This document shows, piece by piece, positions 15,393-23,031 of a stretch of 47,053 bases of DNA. Both the position numbers and the translations under genes were made by a program. Under the pieces are notes generated by a model. That model ran no database searches, was not told the origin of the DNA, and was given only the letters and a program-made list of their open reading frames with translations. The DNA comes from a virus. The stretch spans positions 1 through 47,053 of IMG/VR virus record IMGVR_UViG_3300032005_000008, one strand, 5' to 3'. How positions within the stretch are numbered: position 1 is the stretch's first letter; every line of letters starts with the position of its first letter.

Positions 15393-16004
15393 GTCGCGTC
15401 CTCCAGGTTGCTTGGCTTTCAAATACCTCCCGGGGTGTGAGAGGCATTTGTAAAGCCAGATGGCCGACCTGAAACAGCAGGGAGCCATCTGTACCCGGTC
15501 CCGCTACTGGCGACAGACCGGGCTTGCTGCATCAGCGATGTTGGCCAGTTACCCGCCACTGATTGCAGGGCTGGCCGGTCGTCTTCGTGGTTTGGGCGTT
15601 GCGCTTCCTCCCCCCCGCCTCAATCAGCATCTATAGGCGTCGGATCAAAGGTCCTTACAACATGCACGCTGCAGCGCGTTGTGCCCGACTTAGTGGGGCA
15701 GGGTGCATGAGGTCCGGCGTTCCCAGCCGAGGCTATCGGGATCGCTAATTCTTAAATCAGGTAAATCTTGCTGGCCTACGGATCTATCCAGCACCCCACA
15801 TTGCCTAGGGTTTAAGTCGCTCTCATCGCCCGGAGGCGGCGACCGATGCCCAGCTATTTGCCTCAAGCTGGCTCGGGATTCTTTCTCTCCGACCGCGAAC
15901 CCTGTCCGCCGGAAAACTGTATTTGGTGCTTTACGCTGCACACCCGGGTCAGTTGCCAACCCTCTGAACCGTTAAGGCCGGTTCATCGCTGCCTTTGAAT
16001 CTGG

Positions 16005-16042
16005 GCCGGTGGTGATCCGGCAAGGGGTATCGCTAAAGAGCG
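16005..16042 (-). promoter_or_regulatory. nutL-like element: boxA consensus CGCTCTTTA plus GCCGG-ATCACCA-CCGGC hairpin
   Basis: On the minus strand CGCTCTTTA is at 16042..16034. After 12 nt, a 5-bp stem with a 7-nt loop spans 16021..16005. The element lies about 45 nt downstream of the predicted PL start. Confidence 0.4.
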
Positions 16043-16091
16043 GCGGGTCTGTTGAGGCCCTGGCGCCTCGGTGTTCTGTGGCGTTGAACAG

Positions 16092-16120
16092 AATTTAGCT
16101 TGCTGCTAAACATCCGTCAA
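16092..16120 (-). promoter_or_regulatory. PL-like early-left promoter with overlapping operator
   Basis: The minus strand reads TTGACG-GATG-TTTAGC-AGCAA-GC-TAAATT, a -35 / 17 nt / -10 layout. The palindrome TTTAGC-N5-GCTAAA is at 16094..16110. Confidence 0.7.
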
Positions 16121-16138
16121 CAGCTTCCTGCTAAATAG

Positions 16139-16167
16139 TTGCGAAAAATTTAGCAGGGGGATAAAAA
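16139..16167 (+). promoter_or_regulatory. third operator-bearing promoter (P3), divergent from PL and directed toward cI
   Basis: TTGCGA-AAAA-TTTAGC-AGGGG-GA-TAAAAA has the same 29-nt architecture as PR and PL. It forms part of the 10-bp inverted repeat CCTGCTAAAT/ATTTAGCAGG (16127-16136 and 16148-16157). Confidence 0.55.
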
Positions 16168-16236
16168 GAAGACGTGACTGGTCCTAGCCAGTAAGTGAAA
16201 AAATTCCGGCTAAACGGAAAACGACGGAGGTTTGCG

Positions 16237-16464
16237 ATGGCTGGTGTGAAGGTTCGGGCGGCTGTAGAGGCCAGATGGGGTGATGATCAGGTAAAGGCGA
16301 GCGCTGCCAGCGCAAAGGAACTTGCCGCTCTGGCTGTCAGGCTTCTGGTGGAGGATGTCGGTACGGAGGAGGCGAGAACGCTCATTCGTGATGAGCTTGG
16401 AGCTTACAAAGCGGACTATGGCGGCGCCGGGGTAGACCAGCGACCCGCCAAGAAGGAGGGGTAG
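16237..16464 (+). CDS. hypothetical 75-aa protein, convergent with and abutting cI
   Basis: GGAGG lies 7 nt upstream of ATG 16237. The TAG stop at 16462-16464 is directly followed by the cI stop complement at 16465-16467. Confidence 0.55.
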   Translation: MAGVKVRAAVEARWGDDQVKASAASAKELAALAVRLLVEDVGTEEARTLIRDELGAYKADYGGAGVDQRPAKKEG

Positions 16465-17238
16465 TTAAAGCGTTCGGCCGCGACCGCGAGTTGGGCGAAT
16501 GGTCGACCACCAGAAAACGAACCCGATGATGCGAATCGACTCCGCCACTTCCTCAGCTGAGTAGATCTCGTCGGGATGCTCGTCCGAGTTCTCAGATCGA
16601 AGACGAAGGCCGCCGCCCGGCTGCCGGTAAAGGTACTTCACCCGCAGCATGCCACCATGCTCGATGGCATAGATCTCGCCGTCGATGATGTTCGTAGTTC
16701 CCCTGTCGATCCCCACCGTCGAGCCGTCCAGGATCAGCCGTGACATGCTGTTTCCGGCCACTGTAGCTGCCATGGCATTGGCCGGCTCGACGCCAGCGTC
16801 TCGAAGGGTTGACCTTGAAAGTCGGATGCAGCGCCCAGGTACGGGCTGAACGGATGTCGCCCCGCCTCCCGCTGAAATCTCGACTTCCTTATAAAGAGGC
16901 ACTTCCACTTCCTCACTTTCCAGTGGCGTCTCGCTATCCCAAGGGGAGATATCCCCTATCAGGTTCAAGTCGCTTTCCCTTGGTATCGGCAGGCGCACGA
17001 CGTTGTTTAGCGCTGAGTTATCGGCCTCGTCATGCACCTGGTCAAGCCAGCCATGAGGCAGCAACTCTGCCGCCTCAATCCGGCGAGCCATGACGTCGCC
17101 CAGGCTGCGCGTCGGATTGTCCGACAGCATCTGGCTCAGATAGGAAGGAGACGTACCCCAGAGCTCGGCGCACACAGCCTTCGATCTCCCCTTCAAGAGC
17201 TTGATCACGTTTGTTCGGCGAATCGATTTTATATCCAT
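16465..17238 (-). CDS. cI: CI-like repressor (XRE HTH N-domain plus S24 LexA-like autopeptidase C-domain)
   Basis: The HTH is ELWGTSPSYLSQMLS. An Ala-Gly site lies in EISAGGG, with Ser in AGNSMS and Lys in LRVKYLY. ATG 17238 is preferred over TTG 17280. Confidence 0.9.
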   Translation of the reverse strand: MDIKSIRRTNVIKLLKGRSKAVCAELWGTSPSYLSQMLSDNPTRSLGDVMARRIEAAELLPHGWLDQVHDEADNSALNNVVRLPIPRESDLNLIGDISPWDSETPLESEEVEVPLYKEVEISAGGGATSVQPVPGRCIRLSRSTLRDAGVEPANAMAATVAGNSMSRLILDGSTVGIDRGTTNIIDGEIYAIEHGGMLRVKYLYRQPGGGLRLRSENSDEHPDEIYSAEEVAESIRIIGFVFWWSTIRPTRGRGRTL

Positions 17239-17295
17239 GCCGACAGGATTACAGCCCGGCGCTAACTTTGAAATATACAAGTGGCTAAACTCCTG

Positions 17296-17325
17296 CTTGC
17301 CATAACTTTAGCAGTGCGCTAAATT
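17296..17325 (+). promoter_or_regulatory. PR-like early-right promoter with overlapping operator
   Basis: TTGCCA-TAAC-TTTAGC-AGTGC-GC-TAAATT, with the palindrome at 17307..17323. Extra half-sites are GCTAAA at 17284 and GCTAAC at 17261. Confidence 0.7.
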
Positions 17326-17351
17326 CTCCTCGTATCCAAAGGAGAATCCTC

Positions 17352-17594
17352 ATGTCCACCCAAGTTCGAGACTGGCTTAACAGCCACACAGACGAGGAGC
17401 GAACCGCTCTGGCGGACTCCGCCTGCACGTCTGTTGGCTACCTCTGGCAGCTTGCCGGTGGCCATAGAAAGGCATCCGTAGAGCTCGCCGCACGCCTCAA
17501 CAAGAGCAGCAAAGGCGTACTGACCCTTGAAGGTATGCGCCCGGATCTACACGAACTCATTTCCCAGCCTAAGCGTCGGCGCACTGCCGCCTAA
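17352..17594 (+). CDS. cro: Cro-like HTH regulator (YdaS/Cro family)
   Basis: GGAGAA RBS. The HTH is SVGYLWQLAGGHRKASVELAARL. It is divergent from cI. Confidence 0.8.
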   Translation: MSTQVRDWLNSHTDEERTALADSACTSVGYLWQLAGGHRKASVELAARLNKSSKGVLTLEGMRPDLHELISQPKRRRTAA

Positions 17595-17624
17595 ACAACT
17601 CCTCATCACGAAAGGAAACCACCG

Positions 17625-17825
17625 ATGTACGCAGACCAATCCCACAAACGTGACATGCCACGGAAGGTTCGATTCAACAAAACGCTCGACCGAATTCTCG
17701 TCAGGGCCGCTGAGCGCGCTGAGATGCAGCACGCCACCTACCTCTACGAAATGATCGAGTGGGCCGTCGAGAACGGCGCAATCGAAGCCTTGAGCAAGGA
17801 CGACCAGAAGTCTAGCGCGGCCTAG
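17625..17825 (+). CDS. small regulator, ribbon-helix-helix-like (cII position)
   Basis: KVRFNKTLDRILVRAAERAEMQHATYLYEMIEWAV looks like a beta-strand followed by two helices. The position suggests an early regulator. Confidence 0.45.
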   Translation: MYADQSHKRDMPRKVRFNKTLDRILVRAAERAEMQHATYLYEMIEWAVENGAIEALSKDDQKSSAA

Positions 17826-17843
17826 GGGCCCTATGGAGGTCTT

Positions 17844-18074
17844 GTGCCTGAAATTGATTACGAGAGCCTGGCCAGCAGCACAAAGGTCAGGATCGCTGCT
17901 TTCGCCCTGAAGAAAGGGCTGAGCATTGAGGAAGCACTCGAGGCGATTGCCATCGAGTTTTTGGCAATGGGAGGTCCGGCAATGATCGGAAAGCCGAAAG
18001 GGCAAGTGCACCAATTGTTCCCTAAAGAGGGCCTGAAGCTCGTCCCTAAAGAGGGGCTCAAAAGTGACAGCTGA
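17844..18074 (+). CDS. hypothetical 76-aa protein containing a 24-nt tandem repeat
   Basis: GGAGG lies 5 nt upstream of GTG 17844. PKEGLK occurs twice. The ORF also carries three CCCU/AGGG hairpins (see findings). Confidence 0.45.
   Translation: MPEIDYESLASSTKVRIAAFALKKGLSIEEALEAIAIEFLAMGGPAMIGKPKGQVHQLFPKEGLKLVPKEGLKSDS
17892..17916 (+). promoter_or_regulatory. boxA-like CGCTGCTTT plus boxB look-alike GCCCTGAAGAAAGGGC
   Basis: The hairpin stem GCCCT/AGGGC is identical to lambda boxB, with the loop GAAGAA. It is located between PR and the first terminator. Confidence 0.3.
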
Positions 18075-18087
18075 CAAACAGCAGGCG

Positions 18088-18116
18088 AAAAAAAACCACC
18101 TGGCCGGGTGGTTTTC
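18088..18116 (+). terminator. intrinsic terminator (tR1-like)
   Basis: AAACCACC-tggccg-GGTGGTTT followed by T/C, preceded by an A8 tract. Confidence 0.7.
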
Positions 18117-18151
18117 CGCTGCATACATCAAAAGCATCTGTGAGGCTGATT

Positions 18152-18913
18152 ATGCACAGTTCAACTAATGCAGGCAATACCCCGACCAATGTCGCGACAC
18201 GATTCGCCGGATCTGAAAACGTGTCGCGGATAGTTTCTACCATCGATCTGCGCGACATGATCAACGAAGCTCGCCAGCAGGCCGGAGAGCCAAAGGTTCG
18301 CAACGACCACTTCCTTTCTCGGGTCGAGGACGAGCTGGGTGAGGATATGGAAGGGGTGCAAAAATATTTCACCCCCCTGCACGGCAACCAGGTCGCCACT
18401 TACGGCCTGACCCTTGATCAATGCATGCTGGTTGGTATGCGCGAGTCCAAGGCGGTGCGCCGCTCCGTGCTGAGGAAGCTCAAGGAGCTGGAAGGCCCCA
18501 AGGTACTTGCGACCCTGCCGGACTTCTCAAACCCAGCCGCTGCCGCCCGTGCCTGGGCCGAGCAATTCGAACTCCAGCAGGCAGCCAGTCAGGCCCTTGT
18601 TGAGGCCGCTCCGAAGATTGCCTTCGTTGAGCGCTACGTCGAATCGACCGGCCTCAAAGGATTCCGCCAGGTCGCCAAGCTGCTCAAGGCCAACGAATCG
18701 CGCTTCCGCGAATTCCTGCTCGACAAAAAAATCATGTACCGCATGGGTGGCGAGTGGCAGGCCTACCAGCCTCACATCGACGCAGGGCGCTTTGAAGTTC
18801 GCGCCGGTACCAGTGACAGCGGTCACGCCTACAACCAATCCAAATTCACCCCCAAGGGCGTCAACTGGGTTGCTGGTCTGTGGGCCCAACACAATCTCAA
18901 GGGGGCCCAATGA
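18152..18913 (+). CDS. antirepressor-type protein with KilAC (ANT) C-terminal domain
   Basis: APKIAFVERYVESTGLKGFRQVAKLLKANESRFREFLLDKKIMYRMGGEWQAYQPHIDAGRFEVR matches the KilAC pattern. ATG 18152 follows GAGG. Confidence 0.75.
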   Translation: MHSSTNAGNTPTNVATRFAGSENVSRIVSTIDLRDMINEARQQAGEPKVRNDHFLSRVEDELGEDMEGVQKYFTPLHGNQVATYGLTLDQCMLVGMRESKAVRRSVLRKLKELEGPKVLATLPDFSNPAAAARAWAEQFELQQAASQALVEAAPKIAFVERYVESTGLKGFRQVAKLLKANESRFREFLLDKKIMYRMGGEWQAYQPHIDAGRFEVRAGTSDSGHAYNQSKFTPKGVNWVAGLWAQHNLKGAQ

Positions 18914-19845
18914 TGGCCAGATCCAGAAACATCAAGCCGGGGTTCTTCTCGAATGAACACCTGGCCGAACTCGACTTCGCCACTCGACTCCTTTTCATCG
19001 GCATGTGGACCGAGGCTGACCGTGAGGGGCGCCTGGAAGATCGTCCGCGCAGGCTGAAAATGGCTCTGTTCCCGGCTGACAACGTGGACATCGAGTTCAT
19101 GCTGAGCGGCCTGGAGTCTTACGGCTTCATCCGTCGCTATGTCACTGACGGATGCCGAGCCATCCAGATTGTGAGCTGGGCAAAGCACCAGAACCCTCAC
19201 GTCAAAGAGGCTCAAAGCACTATCCCTGCTGAGGTTTTCGAGCCAGCACCAGACTGGTACGAGGAAAGCACCGGGCAAGCACCATGCGAGCACAGTTCTT
19301 TCCCGGCTGATTCCCTCTCTCTTGATTCCCTCTCTTCTGATTCTGGATTCCCGATTCCCGCTCTTCCGATCGAAGATCAAAATCTCTTGCCGGTCGCTTC
19401 CGCTCGGGCGGCGTCGAACGTGAAGGTCCTGAAGCCCAAAGCGGCACGGCAGAAGACTGATGCCCAGATCGCCAACACCAACACCTGGGATGCTTACACG
19501 ATTGCCTATCTCGAGCGCTACGGGGTAGAGCCCGTACGAAATGCGAAGGTAAACGCGCAGATTGCCCAGCTGGTACAGCGGCTGGGGGCCGAAGAGGCGC
19601 CGCAGGTCGCGATGTTCTACGTGACCATCAACGACTCCTTCTTCATCCGCAGCTCCCACGAACTGGGCTTGCTGGTCGCTAGGGCCGAAGGAATTCGAAC
19701 CCAGTGGCTCACGGGACGCCAGGTGAACGCCGTCACCGCGCGCCAGATGGAGAACACCCAGGCGAACCTCAACGCCGCCCAGGAAGCCAGCCGCAGCATT
19801 TTGGAAGGAGGACAGGCCAATGCTTTCCTACGCCGAAACCGCTGA
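18910..19845 (+). CDS. replication initiation protein (lambda O analogue)
   Basis: The conserved N-terminus is MARSRNIKPGFF.NE.LAEL....RLLF.G.W..ADREGRLEDRP. An iteron cluster lies inside the gene. Confidence 0.65.
   Translation: MMARSRNIKPGFFSNEHLAELDFATRLLFIGMWTEADREGRLEDRPRRLKMALFPADNVDIEFMLSGLESYGFIRRYVTDGCRAIQIVSWAKHQNPHVKEAQSTIPAEVFEPAPDWYEESTGQAPCEHSSFPADSLSLDSLSSDSGFPIPALPIEDQNLLPVASARAASNVKVLKPKAARQKTDAQIANTNTWDAYTIAYLERYGVEPVRNAKVNAQIAQLVQRLGAEEAPQVAMFYVTINDSFFIRSSHELGLLVARAEGIRTQWLTGRQVNAVTARQMENTQANLNAAQEASRSILEGGQANAFLRRNR
19307..19359 (+). repeat. iteron-like direct repeats (candidate ori)
   Basis: TGATTCCCTCTCT occurs twice (19308 and 19323). Further GATTC units lie at 19339, 19346 and 19353. 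Confidence 0.6.
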
Positions 19846-20596
19846 GCTGAGCATGGCCATCTGCGCCACGGCTGAAACCCTTGGGCAAACGCTCAGCGCT
19901 CCGGCCGCCAAACTGATGGCCGAGGATCTGGCCGAGCACCCAATGGACGCCATCGCCAACGCGCTGTGGGCCTGCCGCCGTGAAGTCACGGGAAAGCTGA
20001 CCCTGGCCGCCATCCTGCAGCGTGTCCAGGCCGCCGACGGGCGCCCGGGCAAGGATGAGGCCTGGGCCATCGCCATGACCACCAATGACGAATACGAAAC
20101 CGTGGTGCTGACCGATGAAATCCAGTTGGCCCTGGCCGCTGCCAAGCCTGTGCTCGACGCTGGCGACAAAATCGGCGCAAGGATGGCCTTCATCAGCGCG
20201 TACGAGCGTTTCGTGGGCCAGTCCAGGGAAGACGCCAGACCTGTCAACTGGCACGTCTCAGTGGGCTTTGACGCCAACCGCCGCATCCAGGCCGTCAACA
20301 AGGCCATGGAGCTCAAGCGCATTCCCCGCGAGCACGGCCAGAAGTACCTGGCTGACCTGAGCGTCGAGCCGATCACCGAAGACGGCCGCGCTATCGCCGG
20401 GCTGCTAACCGGAACCGTTACCCGGCCGGCACCAGCTCTGCGCGAAAAGCTGCATCTGGTGAAGTCCTCGATGCTGGAAATGCGAGCGGCCAGCGCTGAG
20501 AAGAAGGACGAAATGCGGATTGAAGCGGCAAACGAGTTGGCAGATCGCCGGGCTCTGCTGCTCAAGCAGGCGCAGGAATTGGAGTCACGACCATGA
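19820..20596 (+). CDS. hypothetical protein, replication-module partner (lambda P position)
   Basis: It overlaps the O-like gene 3' end. No NTPase motif is seen. Confidence 0.5.
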   Translation: MLSYAETAELSMAICATAETLGQTLSAPAAKLMAEDLAEHPMDAIANALWACRREVTGKLTLAAILQRVQAADGRPGKDEAWAIAMTTNDEYETVVLTDEIQLALAAAKPVLDAGDKIGARMAFISAYERFVGQSREDARPVNWHVSVGFDANRRIQAVNKAMELKRIPREHGQKYLADLSVEPITEDGRAIAGLLTGTVTRPAPALREKLHLVKSSMLEMRAASAEKKDEMRIEAANELADRRALLLKQAQELESRP

Positions 20597-21042
20597 AACG
20601 AGCAAACCCAGCACAGCTACGCCAATCTCTTGAGATAGCGCCAAAGACAGTCATGGTCGAGCGTCACCGGTACGTTTCCGACTGGTTCGAGTGCGACAAG
20701 ATCGAAATGGACATGGAGCACACCACATACGAGTTCCAGTATCGCTTCGGTCCTGATTGGTATCTCGAAGCCAAGCGTTACGACCCAAGCACCGAGATCT
20801 GGGCAGCCGTCGAATGGTCGCGTGGAAACTCGTTCAACCTTGCTGACCCTGCCAGCGCTTTGGCAGCTCTGGGCGGTCGAGTGACGAAATTCACTTGCAT
20901 CAGCGCCGGAATGCAATTCCACAAGGCTCTCGCCGAGCTTTTCGCTCGGGCAGAACAAGTCAAATCCCGGGAAGCGAGTCAGGCCGCTGAGCGCCTGGAG
21001 CGTATGGCGTTGATCGCGGAAGCGCAGGAGAAGCGGATATGA
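20593..21042 (+). CDS. hypothetical protein
   Basis: ATGA coupling, 149 aa. Confidence 0.6.
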   Translation: MKRANPAQLRQSLEIAPKTVMVERHRYVSDWFECDKIEMDMEHTTYEFQYRFGPDWYLEAKRYDPSTEIWAAVEWSRGNSFNLADPASALAALGGRVTKFTCISAGMQFHKALAELFARAEQVKSREASQAAERLERMALIAEAQEKRI

Positions 21043-21644
21043 GCGTGAACACCGAACTGAAGTGTGCCGCCGAGGCGGTTATCGCCATGAACTACCCATG
21101 GGAACACACCGTGCGTGATGGTCGATTGGGCAAGACCAGCACGGAATATGCCCGCTTGGCGCACCCAGCAAACATCCTGACCCTGATCGCCGATAACGAG
21201 CGGCTGGACAGGTTGATCATCTTGAACAAGGTAATCAGCGATTCCTTCCGGGCCGAGCGCGACCAACTCCGCGCCGAAGTCGCCGGACTCAAAACCGGCT
21301 ACCAAGCCTACGAGCAGGTGAATGCTGAGCTGAAGGCTGAGAACGAACGCCTTTCCGCATCGCCGGAGCGCCAGATCATTCGGGCAGTCGTTACCGAAGC
21401 TGTGAAGGGAATTGCCGAAGCGGCAACAGCAGACGCCAAGGCCGGGACGCTCAAGGAAATTGAGCAGCTCAAGGCTGAGTGCGGAGCGCTGCGCAAGGAT
21501 GCCGAGCGCTATCGGTGGCTTCAGCACGGACACAGCGGGCACGTCGAAGTAGTGGAATGGATCGGGCCGCATGCCGCGGGAATGATCGGTGATGATCTGG
21601 ACGCGCTTGTCGACGCCGCCATGGGCAAGGGAGAGCAGTCATGA
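21039..21644 (+). CDS. Ead/Ea22-like coiled-coil protein
   Basis: HPANILTLIADNERL followed by a long coiled coil, a pattern seen in Ea22-like proteins. Confidence 0.55.
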   Translation: MSVNTELKCAAEAVIAMNYPWEHTVRDGRLGKTSTEYARLAHPANILTLIADNERLDRLIILNKVISDSFRAERDQLRAEVAGLKTGYQAYEQVNAELKAENERLSASPERQIIRAVVTEAVKGIAEAATADAKAGTLKEIEQLKAECGALRKDAERYRWLQHGHSGHVEVVEWIGPHAAGMIGDDLDALVDAAMGKGEQS

Positions 21645-21799
21645 GCCATTACAGATTTTTATGCTGGCTCTACGGTGCGGGATTTGCTCTGGTCTTCCTG
21701 ATGCTGCAGGTGGCGATCAGTCAGCGCGACGAGGCTCGATCTGTCCGCGCTCGGCTCGGCACTGATGAGCTGGTGTGCAAGGTGGTCCGCCATGACTGA
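21641..21799 (+). CDS. 52-aa membrane micro-protein (MSHYRFLCWLYGAGFALVFLMLQV...)
   Basis: ATGA overlap upstream, and its 3' end overlaps the ninB start. Confidence 0.35.
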   Translation: MSHYRFLCWLYGAGFALVFLMLQVAISQRDEARSVRARLGTDELVCKVVRHD

Positions 21800-22262
21800 C
21801 AAAATCTCCGTCAACTGCCAGGCCAAGCTGTCCGAGGCCATCACCCGGCTCAGCGCTATGTTCCGCGACAAGAAGTTCGTGGTGGTCTCCCTGCGCCCAG
21901 GCAAGGACCGAACCTTGGACCAGAACGCCTTGTGGTTCGCGATGTACAAGCGGATATCCGAAATGACTTCAATTGGTGATCCGGCCGACGCCCGCCGGTA
22001 CTGCAAGCTGCACTTCGGTGTGCAGATACTGCTGAACGAGGATTCAGGATTCCAGGCTGCTTGGTACCGGGTCATGCGCCATCTGCCCTACGAGGAGAAG
22101 CTGGCCTTGATGGGCGAGCACAAGTTGTTTGGCCCGGATGGCTTCCCGGTCACCAGTCTGCTCAATCGCGCCCAGGGCATTCAGTACACCGACCGCATGG
22201 CCGCGTACTTCACCGGCCAGGGCGTGGTGTTCTCCGATCTGCTGAGCGAGGTGGCGGCATGA
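21792..22262 (+). CDS. ninB: NinB/Orf-family recombination mediator
   Basis: RPGKDRTLDQNALWFAMYKRISE matches the NinB pattern. Confidence 0.8.
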   Translation: MTDKISVNCQAKLSEAITRLSAMFRDKKFVVVSLRPGKDRTLDQNALWFAMYKRISEMTSIGDPADARRYCKLHFGVQILLNEDSGFQAAWYRVMRHLPYEEKLALMGEHKLFGPDGFPVTSLLNRAQGIQYTDRMAAYFTGQGVVFSDLLSEVAA

Positions 22263-22435
22263 GTATCGTCAAGCACGCATGGTGGGCAATCCGCTATGGC
22301 GAATGGAGTGTTGGTTGGGATTCGAGCTGGGGCAGCAAGCCAGGCGAGTCTTTCCTGTACTGCAAGCCGATGTACTACGACGGGTACCACTGCTATCTGC
22401 GGGTTGGAAAGTTTTGGTGCGGGGTGAGCTACTGA
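22259..22435 (+). CDS. hypothetical 58-aa Trp/Tyr-rich protein
   Basis: ATGA coupling on both sides. Confidence 0.45.
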   Translation: MSIVKHAWWAIRYGEWSVGWDSSWGSKPGESFLYCKPMYYDGYHCYLRVGKFWCGVSY

Positions 22436-23031
22436 TGGCAATTCAATCGAAGCCACCCCGCGCCAAGAAGTGCCGCGTCGCTGAGTGCGGGGCCTCATTC
22501 GTCCCGGCTCAGCCATTTCAAACCTGGTGTTCGCCTGACTGTGCAGTAACGATCATCCGCCAGCGACAGGAGAAGCAGCGCAAGTCGTTCGCCCAGCGCG
22601 AGCGCCGAGACATCAAGCTCCGCAAGGAAAAGCTCAAACCCCGTGGTGACCATCTGCGCGAAGCCCAGCAGGCTTTCAACGCATACATACGAGCTCGGGA
22701 CCAGGCCGCCGGCCACCTCTGCATATCCAGCGGCAAGCCATTGGACTGGAGCGGCAACGCGGTGGATGCAGGCCACTACCGAAGCGTTGGCTCCGCGCCG
22801 CACCTCCGCTTCGACGAGCGCAACTGCCACGCCCAAAGCAAACAGGACAACCGATTCCTCTCGGGTAACGCCGTGGATTACCGGATCGGTCTGATCGCGC
22901 GCATCGGCCAGGAGGCGGTAGACGCCCTGGAATCCGACCAGGGCGTGCGCAAGTACACCATCGACGACCTGAAGGCCATCAAGGCCGAATACCGGGCCAA
23001 GACCCGCGAACTGAAGAGGGCTGCAGCATGA
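22435..23031 (+). CDS. ninG: NinG/Rap-family structure-specific endonuclease
   Basis: An N-terminal Cys cluster (C.V..CG...........WCS..C) and HYRSVG....RFDERNCHAQS..DN match the NinG pattern. Confidence 0.8.
   Translation: MAIQSKPPRAKKCRVAECGASFVPAQPFQTWCSPDCAVTIIRQRQEKQRKSFAQRERRDIKLRKEKLKPRGDHLREAQQAFNAYIRARDQAAGHLCISSGKPLDWSGNAVDAGHYRSVGSAPHLRFDERNCHAQSKQDNRFLSGNAVDYRIGLIARIGQEAVDALESDQGVRKYTIDDLKAIKAEYRAKTRELKRAAA

Noticed and set aside
15563-15975. Plus- and minus-strand ORFs of 61-90 aa in the PL leader (15563..15748, 15703..15975, 15690..15959).
   Set aside because: They have no RBS, odd Arg/Ser/Pro/Gly composition, and overlap one another. I treat the region as non-coding (see finding).
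16084-16112. Plus-strand promoter TTGAAC-17-TAAACA mirrored on the PL operator.
   Set aside because: It arises from operator symmetry. Its -10 lacks the invariant final T and is weaker than the minus-strand TTGACG-17-TAAATT. It is kept only as a note, not as a feature.
17239-17280. TTG 17280 as the cI start, as given in the ORF track.
   Set aside because: It would place 14 extra residues over the operator region. ATG 17238 gives a standard HTH N-terminus and fits a short or absent leader from a TGTAAT -10-like element.
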